DNA of 64,000 nucleotides from a virus (Duplodnaviria; Caudoviricetes): IMG/VR virus record IMGVR_UViG_3300042196_000418; one strand, 5' to 3'. Shown piece by piece: positions 9,415 to 20,826 of this stretch (position 1 is its first letter; each line of letters starts with the position of its first letter). The notes under the pieces were generated by a model. It saw only the letters and a program-made list of their open reading frames with translations, ran no database searches and was not told where the DNA came from. The position numbers and the translations under genes were made by a program.

Positions 9415-10278
9415 ATGAAGACCACAAACAAGCGCGCCGACAGCAAGCGTGCCGACAGCGCTCCCCGCCAAGAAGTGAAGATGTACGATCCGAACGAGGC
9501 CGTCATCATCGGCCTCGATACCGACGACGGCCCTTCCCACTGGGGGTACGACGAGGAGAGCAACAAGAATCCGGTGCTCGAAGCCGACGTCAAGTTCACC
9601 TACGAGAACGGCGTCATTCAGAACGTGCTCGCGCGCCGCGACGGCGACAAGATCGTGATCGTGGCGGGTCGCGGGCGTACGCGGCAGCTTCGCGAGGCGA
9701 ACAAGCGCCGCATCGCCGACGGGCTGGCGCCGTGGTTTCTGCCCGTGCGCATCGTCAAGGGCGACGCGCGGAAGATGCTGGTGCTCAAGTACGGCGAGAA
9801 CTCCCACCGTCGCGAGCAGAGCCCGTTCGTGCGTGCACAGCAGGCGTACGAGCTGTCGCAGCAGTTCCCCGAGGACCAGGCCGCGACCATCATGGGGTTG
9901 GGTCTCGTGCAGTTCAGGTCCATCCTCAAGCTGCTCGACGTCGGGCCGGCGGTGAAGAAGGCCGTCATGGCGGGCGAGCTGAAGCAGACGGCGGCGATCG
10001 AGCTGGCGTCGCTGTCGGAGGCAGATCAGGCCGAGAAGCTCACGGCGATCCTCGCTACCGCGGCGGCCAGCGGCGGCAAGCCCACGACCCGCGACGTGAA
10101 GGCCACGGTTCGCGAGGCCAACGGCAAGGCGCCGATCGAGACCCCGGCGACTCGGATCAAGAAGGCGATCGGGATCCTCGACAAGCTCGACGACAGCGCC
10201 ACCAAGGATGACCTCTGGGGCACGATCAAGAAGATCCGCCAGGCACTGTTTCAATCCGCTCAACACAAGCAGCGTTGA
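9415..10278 (+). CDS. ParB/Spo0J-like protein
   Basis: IVAGRGRTR (Arg patch), ENSHRREQSPF, HTH-like region and ILKLL...VKKAV...GEL. Confidence 0.75.
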   Translation: MKTTNKRADSKRADSAPRQEVKMYDPNEAVIIGLDTDDGPSHWGYDEESNKNPVLEADVKFTYENGVIQNVLARRDGDKIVIVAGRGRTRQLREANKRRIADGLAPWFLPVRIVKGDARKMLVLKYGENSHRREQSPFVRAQQAYELSQQFPEDQAATIMGLGLVQFRSILKLLDVGPAVKKAVMAGELKQTAAIELASLSEADQAEKLTAILATAAASGGKPTTRDVKATVREANGKAPIETPATRIKKAIGILDKLDDSATKDDLWGTIKKIRQALFQSAQHKQR

Positions 10279-10334
10279 GAAACGAACCCTAACGACATGA
10301 ACCTGCAAAAGCAACTTAACGCCGTGAGGGAGTC

Positions 10335-10724
10335 ATGACCGCCGCGGACCTCGTACTCGCCTTCGAGCAAGCCTGCTTTCCGTTGTCAGGGTTCCAGCGG
10401 CCAGCGTATTCCGAGCAGCTGTTCGCGCGTGCGCTCGCGCTTGAGGTGAAGACCGAGCAGTTCACACGGGAGCAGTTTCAGCTCCTCGTCGCCAGCGACG
10501 CGCGTGCCATGGCCCGGTGGCCCGTGCTCCACTCACTGCTGGCTTGGCTCGTATCCGACGAGAAAAAGGACCAGCGCCTGCCGGGTCTGCCGGACTGGTC
10601 GCTCGGAGGAACTCAGCCCTATGCGCCAGAGAATAACTGCCTGCGGTGCGGGAACTCTCGCGAGTCAACGAATGACATCTGCGGCTATTGCTGCGGAAGC
10701 CCGGGATGTGAGGTGTGCTCGTGA
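10335..10724 (+). CDS. hypothetical protein, Cys-rich C-terminus
   Basis: SD GGGAG; CLRC...CGYCC...CEVC. Confidence 0.6.
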   Translation: MTAADLVLAFEQACFPLSGFQRPAYSEQLFARALALEVKTEQFTREQFQLLVASDARAMARWPVLHSLLAWLVSDEKKDQRLPGLPDWSLGGTQPYAPENNCLRCGNSRESTNDICGYCCGSPGCEVCS

Positions 10725-11035
10725 AGCCGACCGCCACCACGATCACCGACGCACAGTGTGAGGCAGTTGTTGCCCTGATGCCGTTCCAGCAAGACCTGCT
10801 CGACAGCGCGCTCGGCACCACCGAGCCGCAGCGTAACCAGGCACGTCACGAACTCGCGAAGCTGTGGATCGCGCTCGCGTGTACGAGCTGCACGTTGCAG
10901 TACCTCGGCGGGAATCACCCGACGGGCTGCATCTTCGTCGGCTGGGGACATGGCTGGCAGCCGTGCAGCAGCGGTGGCGGCTCAGGACTTTCTCCGATGG
11001 GCAACACGCTCCGCGCGAACGGCGGTGGCAAGTGA
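10721..11035 (+). CDS. divergent TITDEQIR-family protein
   Basis: TTITDAQCEA...DSALG...ARHELAKL. Confidence 0.6.
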   Translation: MKPTATTITDAQCEAVVALMPFQQDLLDSALGTTEPQRNQARHELAKLWIALACTSCTLQYLGGNHPTGCIFVGWGHGWQPCSSGGGSGLSPMGNTLRANGGGK

Positions 11036-11286
11036 GCACGCCGCTGACTGGGGCAGACCTGCGCGTGCTTCGCTTCGCGCTCGGCGCGCCTTCTCGCGGC
11101 GAAGATGGCATCACCCCGCGCGGCAGTACGCCGCATCGGCACTTCGCGAAACTCGTGCGTCGCGGTCTGCTCAGGGATAACGGCTGGGGCGTTCACGTCG
11201 ACGATCACTTCAAGGACGTGCGGCTCTACGTCATCACCCAGCGCGGCGTTCGAATGCTCGCCCGCGCGAACGGCGGTGCGAAGTGA
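11032..11286 (+). CDS. small winged-helix-like protein
   Basis: KLVRRGLL...YVITQRGVRML. Confidence 0.6.
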   Translation: MSTPLTGADLRVLRFALGAPSRGEDGITPRGSTPHRHFAKLVRRGLLRDNGWGVHVDDHFKDVRLYVITQRGVRMLARANGGAK

Positions 11287-11747
11287 TCACCGCCGACAAC
11301 ATCACCGACGAGCAGATCCGTGAACACGCGCGTGGTGCGCTCACCGCTGCGCAGCACAAGGACTGCACGCTGGCGCTCGGCGCTCGGCGCGAGATGCTGA
11401 CGCTCGTCGGGCGCAGACTGGAACGAACGTATCCGACGACGAAGCAGCGTAAGGCAGCCCGCGCGCGCATCGCCGCGATCCTCAACGCCCGCGCGAAGAG
11501 CAGCCAAATGATCACCGCCGACACGATCACCGACGAGCAGATCCGCCAGGTCCGCGCAGACAGCGTCAAGCACGACGACTACATCGCCCGCGACATCGCT
11601 GACCTTGCGCTCGGAGTCACTCTACCGATCGGCGCCAACCTCCAGGGCGGCGGTTGGATCAACGGGCTGCGCAACTACATGACCGTCGCCGAGGCCCGCG
11701 CCCGCTGCGCCGAGATCCTCAACGCCCGCGCGCAGGAGGCGCAGTAG
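11283..11747 (+). CDS. TITDEQIR-family protein with two tandem modules
   Basis: ITADNITDEQIR...ARARIAAILNAR / MITADTITDEQIR...ARARCAEILNAR. Confidence 0.8.
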   Translation: MITADNITDEQIREHARGALTAAQHKDCTLALGARREMLTLVGRRLERTYPTTKQRKAARARIAAILNARAKSSQMITADTITDEQIRQVRADSVKHDDYIARDIADLALGVTLPIGANLQGGGWINGLRNYMTVAEARARCAEILNARAQEAQ

Positions 11748-11749
11748 TC

Positions 11750-12058
11750 ATGGGGGCGGCTGCATACAACCGCGGTTCCGCGCTCGTCTCTGCTGCGGCC
11801 GACGCAGCGATGCCGATTGCGACCTTGCGTGCCGAACGCAACGCGGACAAGGACGAAAACGATCGGCTTCGCGCCCAGGTGGCGCGGCTCGAAAGCGATC
11901 TGCGGCGCGCTCGCCGATGCATCGCCGAACTGCGCCGCTCGAAAGAGGAGCGCATCGCCGAGCATCGCGCGGATTCAAGGCGCAGCGACGCAGCGATCTC
12001 AATGCTCTGCCACATCGCATTTCCCAATGACCCCCGCACGAACAGCGGTGGCAAGTGA
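11750..12058 (+). CDS. hypothetical coiled-coil protein
   Basis: SD AGGAGG; ends RTNSGGK. Confidence 0.6.
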   Translation: MGAAAYNRGSALVSAAADAAMPIATLRAERNADKDENDRLRAQVARLESDLRRARRCIAELRRSKEERIAEHRADSRRSDAAISMLCHIAFPNDPRTNSGGK

Positions 12059-12360
12059 GCACGCCCGTGATCGGCACGACGATCACCGACGACCAGATCC
12101 GCGGTCTGCGGAGGGTGGCTCAGCACTGGCACGAGATCATCACGATCTTGACCTGTACAGTGGCCCTCGGAGAGGACGACGAATCGACAGCGCCTGATCG
12201 GGCGAACGCCCGCGCGCGCTGCGCAGAGATCTTCAATGCCCGCACCCGCGAGAAGTGCCACGCACGTGAGCATCGCGCGCACGTCGGTGATGTCTGCGAG
12301 GGAACGTGCTGCACCGCGTGCGGCGGACCGATCGACGCGAACGAGGAGTGCCGATGCTGA
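12055..12360 (+). CDS. TITDEQIR-family protein with Cys-rich tail
   Basis: TTITDDQIRGLR...CTVALG...ARARCAEIFNAR...CEGTCCTACGGPID. Confidence 0.75.
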   Translation: MSTPVIGTTITDDQIRGLRRVAQHWHEIITILTCTVALGEDDESTAPDRANARARCAEIFNARTREKCHAREHRAHVGDVCEGTCCTACGGPIDANEECRC

Positions 12361-13916
12361 AGACCGCGGTGACGGTGCACTGGCAGCAGTGGGTCGAGAC
12401 TTGGCGTCACGTCTCGGCAGGCGGCTATGGCCTCTATATGGACCGCTCGCAAACATTCACGCGTGCGGAAGAAGCACGCGGATTCGCCGCAGGACTGCGG
12501 CTCAATCCGCTGTGCCGCGACGTCAGGAGCGCTACGTGAAAGAGTCCCATCCCCACCAACTCACCCCCGAGGAGTGCGCGGCCGACGTCGAACGCACGCC
12601 GCAGAACCAGGCCAAGGCCGCCGCGTACGAAGCCTACCTCGCGGCCAACCGCATTCTGGGGCTACTCGACGAGACGACCGATCCAGCGTGGGTCAAGCAC
12701 GCGGAAGCAATCCGCCAGCACGCCTGGTCGCTTTACCAGGCACTCGTGGCCGACACGGAGTGGTGATCATGCACAACAGCAGCAAGTCCTACAGCAACAT
12801 CAAGGTCGCCGCGCTCCTCGACGGCCTCACGTCAATCGACAGCACCTGGACTCAAGACGATTTCGCCGCGCTCTCCGTGGCCGCGGCAGATCAAGCCGGG
12901 GCGTCGGTGCGCGCGCAGACGCAGATCGCCGCGATCGTCGGCGTCGCCACCACGAAGGATTCCGCACCATGACCCAGGCCCTACGCGATCTCGCGGCCAC
13001 ACAGCTGGACGCCTTCACCGCGGAGTACGGGGCGTCCGATGATCGCGAGCAAGCGATCGAGCGCTGGATGCGCCACCTGGTTGATACCGGGCAAGTCCCA
13101 GACGACATCCTGGCCGCAGTGCCGGAGGTGTCTCGGCACAACACGCCCCAGATCGACCCGCAAGAATACGAGTGCGGCTGCGTCGTGATGACACGCATCA
13201 CCGATCGTGATTGTCGGACATGGCGCGGGTACGACGAGAAGCCGTTCGAGATGCGGCTCATCCTGCCCTGCAACGGCGGCACGGACTGCGAGTTTGCGCA
13301 TCTGCGGGAAGGAACCTGATGCCACGCATCCTGATTACGATGATGGCCGATGTCGAAGACCTCGCAGGGTTCTGGCCCAATGATCCACCAGGCGTCACGC
13401 AGCACAACGCCTACGCGCTGCTCAGCGACGTCAAGCATCGGCTGCTCATGAGATTGATGGAGAACCAAGCCGCAACGGACGTCGACGACGTGACGAAAAG
13501 CGCCGTCGATCGGTCGTTGCGGGACGACTTGCAGCTTGCGGAGCGCTTGCTAGCGAGCGTTCGCATCGAGGTGACATGACGTTCAGCAGTATGGAGATCT
13601 TGGTCGAGCGACGTCTCGTGATGAGGGTGCCACGCACCGACGGACTCGCGTCCATGAAGGCCGCCCGGGACGTGAGGATCCAGCGCGCCGAGCGCCGCCG
13701 AAAGGCTCGCCGATGAAGGACAAGCCGCGCAAGGTGTTCCACATCAACGGGCACGATATCGCCGCCGGTGACCAGGTCGTCGCTCTGGTGTGCTGGCCCG
13801 GCGGTCGAACCACGATCACCCAAGGCACGTTGATCAACGTCCACGAGGGCGAGGCGTTCGTCGAGTCCCCGCTCGGCCCGGTTGCCGTCGACCTCAAGAC
13901 CGTGGAACCCGGATGA
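12354..13916 (+). CDS. run of coupled small hypothetical genes (12354-12539, 12536-12766, 12763-12972, 12969-13319, 13319-13579, 13576-13716, 13713-13916)
   Basis: successive stop/start overlaps; no recognisable domains. Confidence 0.55.
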
Positions 13917-14602
13917 ACCCCGAGACCTACCGCAAGATCTGGACACCCGAGCGCCTCGCCAAGCGCGACAGCCTCGACCAGCTCCGGCTCGCGATCGATT
14001 TCCGCCGCCGGTTCGAGCCCGAGCTCCCCGCGCCCCTGGTACGCGCCGCGGCACTCGTCCAGGTTCATCGTTCTGCCGATCAAGACCGAACCGTTTTTCA
14101 CGAGCGGGCCAAACATCCAGAACATCCCGCGCTCGCGCTCCAACGGCGCGCCGCCGTTCCACTGGTCCTCGGGGCGCCGTCCGAGGCCGCCTCTGATCGA
14201 GCCCGATCACGAGGCCGTCCGCCACGAAGGAAACTGAGCATGCGTTACATCGACGACAAACCGAACGGGATCATCCTCAACCACACGGCGGAGTGGAACG
14301 GCGCGGTGCGTATCGCCTGGTACATTCCCAGCGAGCGCCGCGATCCCGGACCGACACCTCCGTCTCTGCGCGAGTGTTGGTGCAGCGGTCCTGATCTCGT
14401 TGCCGGTCGCTTCACCCCCGTGAGTGCGGCTGACCGACAAGTCTTACGGACCAGCGAGCAGCCTTCCCGCGGTGTCGAAGTTTCCGAGCCGCCGGTCAAT
14501 GTCATCACACGCGCCGTGGCACTCGCGGTCGAGACATATCTGCGCTCCAAGTTGGCACGCTTCCTTGACGACGACCTCTTCATCCCACGGGGCACGCTGT
14601 GA
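13913..14602 (+). CDS. hypothetical protein (probable second start at 14240)
   Basis: ATGA overlap; internal SD AAGGA plus ATG MRYIDDK. Confidence 0.45.
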   Translation: MNPETYRKIWTPERLAKRDSLDQLRLAIDFRRRFEPELPAPLVRAAALVQVHRSADQDRTVFHERAKHPEHPALALQRRAAVPLVLGAPSEAASDRARSRGRPPRRKLSMRYIDDKPNGIILNHTAEWNGAVRIAWYIPSERRDPGPTPPSLRECWCSGPDLVAGRFTPVSAADRQVLRTSEQPSRGVEVSEPPVNVITRAVALAVETYLRSKLARFLDDDLFIPRGTL

Positions 14603-17600
14603 AGTTCGACCTGATCCGACTCGGCGAGCAGCTCGCCGAAGAGAACAACGCGGCACACGACCTGTGGTCTTGGCTGCCCTCCCACGCGATCGCCGAGAAG
14701 CACCATGGCGACTACGCCTCGGAGCACTGCCCGAGCAACGCCGACGTAATGAAGGAGGCCGCCATGTACCTGGGGCATCTGAAGCACCCCGAGGTCGCGC
14801 TGACGCCCGAAGAGCAGGAATGGTTCACAAACTGTCCATGCGGGGACGACCACTCTACGGAGAAGGCTCCGTGACCAAGATCGATCAAGAGCACGCGCAG
14901 AAAGCGCTCCAGCACGTGCGCAGCGCCATGATCGCCAACAAGCACGGGGCACCGCCCGGCCCTGCGCTTGAAGCCGCCGAAGAAGCCTTGCTTCGGATGC
15001 TGTTCTCCGAAGAGGAGGTCGTCGAATACCTCCAGTCACTCGGCGCGCAGGTGTACCGATGATCCGCGAAGCGGCGACCGCCGGCCTCGCCACGTGCCAC
15101 TGCTGCGATCAGGGCTTCCGCCGCGTGGCCGGGATCCATATCGGCAGTCAGCGCCTGGGGATGATCTCAAACGAACCGTGCGCGCGGGTGTTCGCAACGT
15201 GCGACCAAAAGGCGCCGGACCTCGCACGTTCCTGGCTGGCCTGTGTCGATGGAGCCCCCCTTCGCAAAGGCAGCGGAGAAGTCCGTCGCTACACCTCAGC
15301 CTCGACGGCACGTCGTGCCGCTCGCAAGGCGGCACCGCGGAGGTGGCATCCATGATCGATACGAAGATGATCAAGCGCATCATTCAGGTCGCCTGGCACC
15401 GCAACGGTGTCGACGGCGGCGGTTTTCACGCGGTGATATTCACCCACGTGCTGCACATCTGCGCGCTCTGCGGCAGCGAATGGGGCTGGGGACCGATCGG
15501 CGCGACGATCAAGCAGCGGACCTGTAGGCTCGGTCAGGGTGACAAGAAGCACAAGGCCGCGGCGCGACGGGTCAAGAAGGAAGTTCGGCTGCTCGGTATC
15601 GTCTACGACACGCCCGGATGCGTCTCGGTGCTTGACATCGACAAGCTGAGCGATCCGGCGATCGGCGTGGCATTCGGTGATTTCGGCGATGGCAACTCGT
15701 GGCGCGGAAGCCTATTCGAGGGCGAGCTCCGCGCCGCGATCAAAGCACACTCCAGCGACGGCTCGACCCGCATTGGGCCGTTCGCTATCCCGACGAAAAG
15801 GCGCCGCCCATGATCGAGATCGAACGCCTGATCAAGCGCCTGCTCGACAAGCACCAGACGATCCGCAAGGAACTCGGTGACCTCAAGAAGACCTATAACG
15901 GCAGCGTCAGCCTGCACTGCCAGAGCTTGAACGACCAATGCGATCTCCTGGAGGAAATCCTGGGAGTCCCGCGCTCGTATCCACGCGCTTCCCAGGAGGA
16001 TCGATGACGCGCTCTGAGTACCAACGGATCTGCGATCGAATGGCCCGCAAGGCGATCCGTTACACAGCGAAAAAGGTCATCGACGAGGAGCTGAACGATG
16101 ACGTTGAGACGCAGTGCGAACGCTGGATCAACGCGTTTCTCGACGAACATTTGCCCGACATCGATCCAGACGTGCTGCTCGCCGTAACGCCCAACGCGGA
16201 CATCTGGCTCAAGCTGCTTGTACCTGCTGATGCAGCAGTCGCAGCGTTCCAGGCAGATGTATGGGCCGCGCTCGTCAGGCCGGGAGTTCCACGCGCTGCG
16301 GAGGACCGATGACCGGCCAGCAGAAGCGCTGGATCCACAAGGACGTTGCTTGTCGGCGCCACGTCGCCGAGGGCATCGTGCAGAGGATCTATGTCGCCGT
16401 GCAAATCGCCAAGCGCCAAGGACTCCACGGCGGCTACACCGTCGACCTCATCGAGCGGAGCGTCGGCCGCAACCTCACCGTCTACGAAAACAGCGTCGCG
16501 CACCTCGCTCGCGAGCACCTGGGCTACAGCAGCCCGCCGTGCGGCTACGGCGGTCCCAAACCGCGGGGTTCAGCGAAAGAACCGTCACGCGCGATCGACC
16601 GCGTAAAGGTCAACGAAGCCATGCGACTGGTCTCAGAGGGGGACGCGATCATTACCGACGTGCTCAAACGAAGAAAGCGGTCCACCAGGTCCCGCAAGCC
16701 TTCGTTCAGCGTGCTCCTCAACAAAGCGGCGAACATCCTCAACGTCGCTGCGCGCGCATGTGCGAAAGCCGGCGCCTCGATCCGCGCCGGAACGCTTCGC
16801 GAGCGAGCGAAGTACGCACGGTGCGCCGACTTCGACATGCTGGCGCTCTACAAACACTACAACTTTTTTCAGGAGGACCGGTGATCGACCTCAGCCGCGC
16901 GCGCAACGGTTTCCGCGTCGGGGGCAGACTCCCGATCGCTGTTGTCGGCCAAGCCTACGACTTCATCACGGTTCTTGAGCGCGTCGAGCCCGACATCCGG
17001 GGCGACAGCATCCCCGCGCGCTACGACTGCCGCTGCAATCGCTGCGGTGCGATCTTCGTAGCGAAGGGATCCGACGTGGTGCATCGCCGCGTCCGTCTCT
17101 GCTGTCAACCACGGAGGCGCACGTGAAGTCCGACAAGATCTACCAGGTATCGATCCACTTCCGCGGCGGCGGCATGTCGCTCCGCTACGTGCAGGCCGAC
17201 AGCGAGGACGAGGCGATCAGCAAGATCAAATCCGCGCTGGCTAACTTCGACTCCGGCCCCAGCGCAGATGCCATGCGCCGGGGCATCGAGTCTGCCCGCG
17301 CCCAGACGGTGTCATGACCGAACGAGGAACAGCCATGTTTGAGATCGAGCGGCTGCCAGGCAAGTCTCCACTCTCCCCGTATCGTTTTCAGAGTGATGAC
17401 GACGCGATGGGTGGCCACTGGACGTTTCAGACCACCCAGGAAGTAGGTACGTTCTTTTGGGGCCGGGACGTGGCGCTCTACCGCGTCTCCAAAGATGGGC
17501 GCGAGCTGGGCACGCCAACGACGAGCGACCTGGACGCGCTGATCGCCTGGCTGGAGCAGGAGAAGCTGTCATGATCGACCTACCCGCTGACACGATCACT

Positions 17601-17681
17601 GTCGGGCTCCGGCTGCGACTTATACTTGCTCGATCAGTTGAACGATCGAGACTGCTGTCAACCACGGAGGCGCGCGCGTGA
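14599..17681 (+). CDS. run of coupled hypothetical genes (14599-14874, 14871-15062, 15059-15355, 15352-15813, 15810-16007, 16004-16312, 16309-16884, 16881-17126, 17123-17317, 17314-17574, 17571-17681)
   Basis: unbroken chain of 4-bp ATGA/GTGA overlaps. Confidence 0.6.
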
Positions 17682-18385
17682 CGGTCAGCGGCACATACGT
17701 GCGCACGTTCGACGAGGCCACCCACGCCCTGCCTGACGGCATGCACATGCACGCGGACTACCCGTTCGTGCTGCCGAAGATCGTCGGCCGCGCGCCCGAT
17801 TCGATCACGATCGAGGGCCGTGGCGAAGCGAAAGTGACGTTGTCGATTCGCCGTGATGAAAAGGGAGGCGAGTTCTGTGCGCTTGAGTGGCAGCACGTGC
17901 AGATGGGCACGTTCGAACGGCTGTTCAGCCGGCCGCTGACGAGGCTCAAGCTGCTGCCGTTCAAACGGCTCGGCACGGTGAACCAAATCGACGCCACGAC
18001 GCCGAGCGCGTGCGAAGGCACGTGGATCACCTATGCGCCGACAGACAACCTGCGTTGGGTCTCATGGGAGCAGCACGGCGACGCCGAACACGATCCGGAC
18101 TGCCGTCCCGTCGCTTGGCCTCCACCACCAGAGGTCCTGGCCTTCTGGGAGTCGGGCCTTGGCGGTGGCGAGGGCGCGGACGCCTACTGCACGGTCGTCG
18201 CACTCATGCGCGCACCGAGCGAGGATGCCGCAGCAACCATCGTCAAAAAGGCGTGGACGCCGGGCGTTGGCGAGTGGCGCTTCAACCGCGAGTACGGCAA
18301 GGACGTGCCACCCGGCGAACGCTTCCCACCGCCGAAGTGGTCGATCCAACTGAAGCGTTGGCCCTGGACGAAGGAGCAGCCGTGA
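17678..18385 (+). CDS. hypothetical protein
   Basis: GTGA-coupled ORF, Trp-rich C-terminal half. Confidence 0.6.
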   Translation: MTVSGTYVRTFDEATHALPDGMHMHADYPFVLPKIVGRAPDSITIEGRGEAKVTLSIRRDEKGGEFCALEWQHVQMGTFERLFSRPLTRLKLLPFKRLGTVNQIDATTPSACEGTWITYAPTDNLRWVSWEQHGDAEHDPDCRPVAWPPPPEVLAFWESGLGGGEGADAYCTVVALMRAPSEDAAATIVKKAWTPGVGEWRFNREYGKDVPPGERFPPPKWSIQLKRWPWTKEQP

Positions 18386-18654
18386 CAGAAGGCGATCTCA
18401 AGGACATCTGGCAAGAGGTTGATGAAGCGCTGTCCCCGACGAACGTTCTCGACGGCGACTACAAGAAGTGCCTCGACGTCACGACGTGCATCGACGGTGG
18501 CGACAAGGGGGAGCCGGTGTTCGTCTTTGAAGCAAAGAGCCCGCGAACCGCCGTGAATGACCTCGCGATGTCGGTCTACTGGAGTACCGACTCACGTGCC
18601 GAGGCCGCGGCATTCCTCCGCCAGCTTGCCAGCAAGATCGAGGAAGGCACATGA
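18382..18654 (+). CDS. hypothetical protein
   Basis: SD AAGGAG, GTGA overlap. Confidence 0.6.
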   Translation: MTEGDLKDIWQEVDEALSPTNVLDGDYKKCLDVTTCIDGGDKGEPVFVFEAKSPRTAVNDLAMSVYWSTDSRAEAAAFLRQLASKIEEGT

Positions 18655-19388
18655 CGGGCGACGATCTCAAGCGCATGCAGGACGGCTTCCTCAAAGGAGC
18701 GAAGACGCTCCTTTGTCAGTACGAACAACTCCGACCTGTGGGCTTCGTCATCACGCTGTACAAGCACGTCGAGAAGCTGTTCGAGAGTGGCTGGGGCATC
18801 GAGTTCATCGATCCCAAGAGCTGCGTGGGCGTAAACGGCGACGGCACCGCCACGCTCGTGCTCGATCTCACGATGGGCTGGAAACGGCTCTATCACGCCG
18901 TCGTGACCGTGTTCCCCGAGACCAAGGAAGTGCTGTCACCGATGATCACTCTCGCCGAGACCATTGCCATCGACGATCCGTACAAGCGGGTGATGCGGCC
19001 GTTTCTGGCGCACACACAGATGGACGAGAAAGACATCATCGCCGCCACAATGCGCCACGTTTGCGGAAAGGTCGACGCCTATGCCAGCATCTTCCAAGCG
19101 GAGGCGTGGAGGCGTGACGTCGACCTCGACAAGGAGAGCGAGGCCGACGTCCCCCAGAACCTGAGCAATGACGCGAAGGCCGTCGAGGTCATCATTAGCT
19201 CGATGGAGACCTACGACTTCACACGCATGCTCAGCGTTCCGATCGTGCGCGAAGGCGGGAAGAAGCGTGATGCGGGCAAGGTCGTCGGTTTCGGAGAACT
19301 GGTCGAGGGCCTCGACACGCTGGACAACACGAACGTGGTGGATGGACGCCTCGCGCGCTTTCTCAAGCCGCTGGAGATCGCGTCGTGA
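18651..19388 (+). CDS. hypothetical protein
   Basis: 245-aa ORF with typical codon usage, ATGA overlap. Confidence 0.7.
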   Translation: MTGDDLKRMQDGFLKGAKTLLCQYEQLRPVGFVITLYKHVEKLFESGWGIEFIDPKSCVGVNGDGTATLVLDLTMGWKRLYHAVVTVFPETKEVLSPMITLAETIAIDDPYKRVMRPFLAHTQMDEKDIIAATMRHVCGKVDAYASIFQAEAWRRDVDLDKESEADVPQNLSNDAKAVEVIISSMETYDFTRMLSVPIVREGGKKRDAGKVVGFGELVEGLDTLDNTNVVDGRLARFLKPLEIAS

Positions 19389-20826
19389 TCCAGATGCGCA
19401 TGCAGGAGCGTCCCTACACGACGCGTGATCGCGTAAGCACGATGGGCAAGAGCTCGGTGGTCGCCGAATGCCCGTTCTGCGGCGCCGCGGTCGTGATCTT
19501 TCTGTGGTCGATCGCCGGCAACGGCAAGAAGCTCTGCTCGTGCGGCGCTGCACTGCACTCCAATGGAATCGCGCGCAAGCTCGTCGAGCAGGAAAACGAT
19601 CCCGAGAACCATCGAGCGCCTGCTCGAGACGCGGACGGCGAGCCGGGGAACGGCAGCGAATGAGCAACCCGCCGCTCACCGCGGGATTGCGGGTCGTATT
19701 CACCGAGGACCTGTCTCGGGCCAGCTTGCGCAGTCTGGCGGGCACGGTAACGGAAGTCATCGAGCAATTCCGCGTCGGCCCGCGTGTGTGGGTACAATGG
19801 GATGACGGCGAGCTAGCGATCGAGGATCCGCGAACGTTGGTGGCGCTGTGACCGCGGACGAACTGGTCAGGCTCCGCACGCTCGCCGCGAACATCGTCGC
19901 GGCGGCAGGGCTGTGCGCGGCGCATCAACTCGGCTTGGCTTCGTGTGGCTGCGACCAGGGGACGCCCTCCGACGCGTGGGTGCCGAACGTGAACGGTCGC
20001 CTTCCGCCGCAGATGTGTCCGCACGCGTCGTGGTCACGCAAGGCCCGCCGCACGTGGGACCTCGAAGATCCGCCCGAGGCGGAGTGCGACACCTGCGGGA
20101 CGCGCGCCCCTGCGTCCGCCGACATGATCGGTGAATGCCTCGTGGCGCGCTGCCCGTCGTGCACTGGGTGGACGATGTTCCACAGCAAGCCCGACAGCGA
20201 GCAGGCCAGGGATTGGACGTGGCATTGCGAAATGTCCGGCGACGTCATCGCCCGCGAGTTCGTTGGCATTTCACCTGGCCGCGCCTGTGAGCAAGCGGAT
20301 TGGCGAGCCTCCTCGCGGACCTGGTGCGCCACGCCCGAACCCGACGCAACCGAGGCTCCATGACCAAGGTACATCTACTCATCGACGGGTATCGGCTGAT
20401 CGCGTGCGGCGACGGCAACGGTGTGCCAAGCGACGAGGACGACACGACCACCATCTCCAAGGTGACGTGTCTGGCGTGCCTCCACCGGGGCTTCAAGCTG
20501 TACGAGGCGCTGACCGAGGCGATCGCCGTGCGTCTCGTCGAGCTCGGGGAGACGAAGCTGTGAAGCGTATCGCCCGCAAAGCACGTCGCAGCGCTGTGAA
20601 CCACGATCTCGCCAAGGCCGCCACGAACTACGGCGAGGCACTACGTCGCCAGGCCACGCTGTCCACGGCGCTCCATCTCGCATACTCGCGTGGCGAGGAC
20701 GCGACCGCTCTCGATCGCGATCACTCGGCTGCGTGCGACGAGGTCGGCACCACCGAGCACGAGCTGCTCGTTTGCGCGGCGGTCGTCGGCGGGTGGACGC
20801 GCAAGGCCGCCGAAAAGTCTGTGTGA
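19385..20826 (+). CDS. run of coupled small genes, several with Zn ribbons (19385-19663, 19660-19851, 19848-20363, 20360-20563, 20560-20826)
   Basis: 4-bp overlaps; CPFC, CDTC/CPSC and CLAC motifs. Confidence 0.55.

Noticed and set aside
9367-10314. Long minus-strand ORFs here and elsewhere (e.g. 18936..20024, 4514..5350)
   Set aside because: They are shadows of coupled + strand genes that have better motifs and overlaps.
4649-12360. Diversity-generating retroelement behind the TITDEQIR variation
   Set aside because: No reverse transcriptase is visible, and variation is in length and whole sequence rather than adenine-specific.
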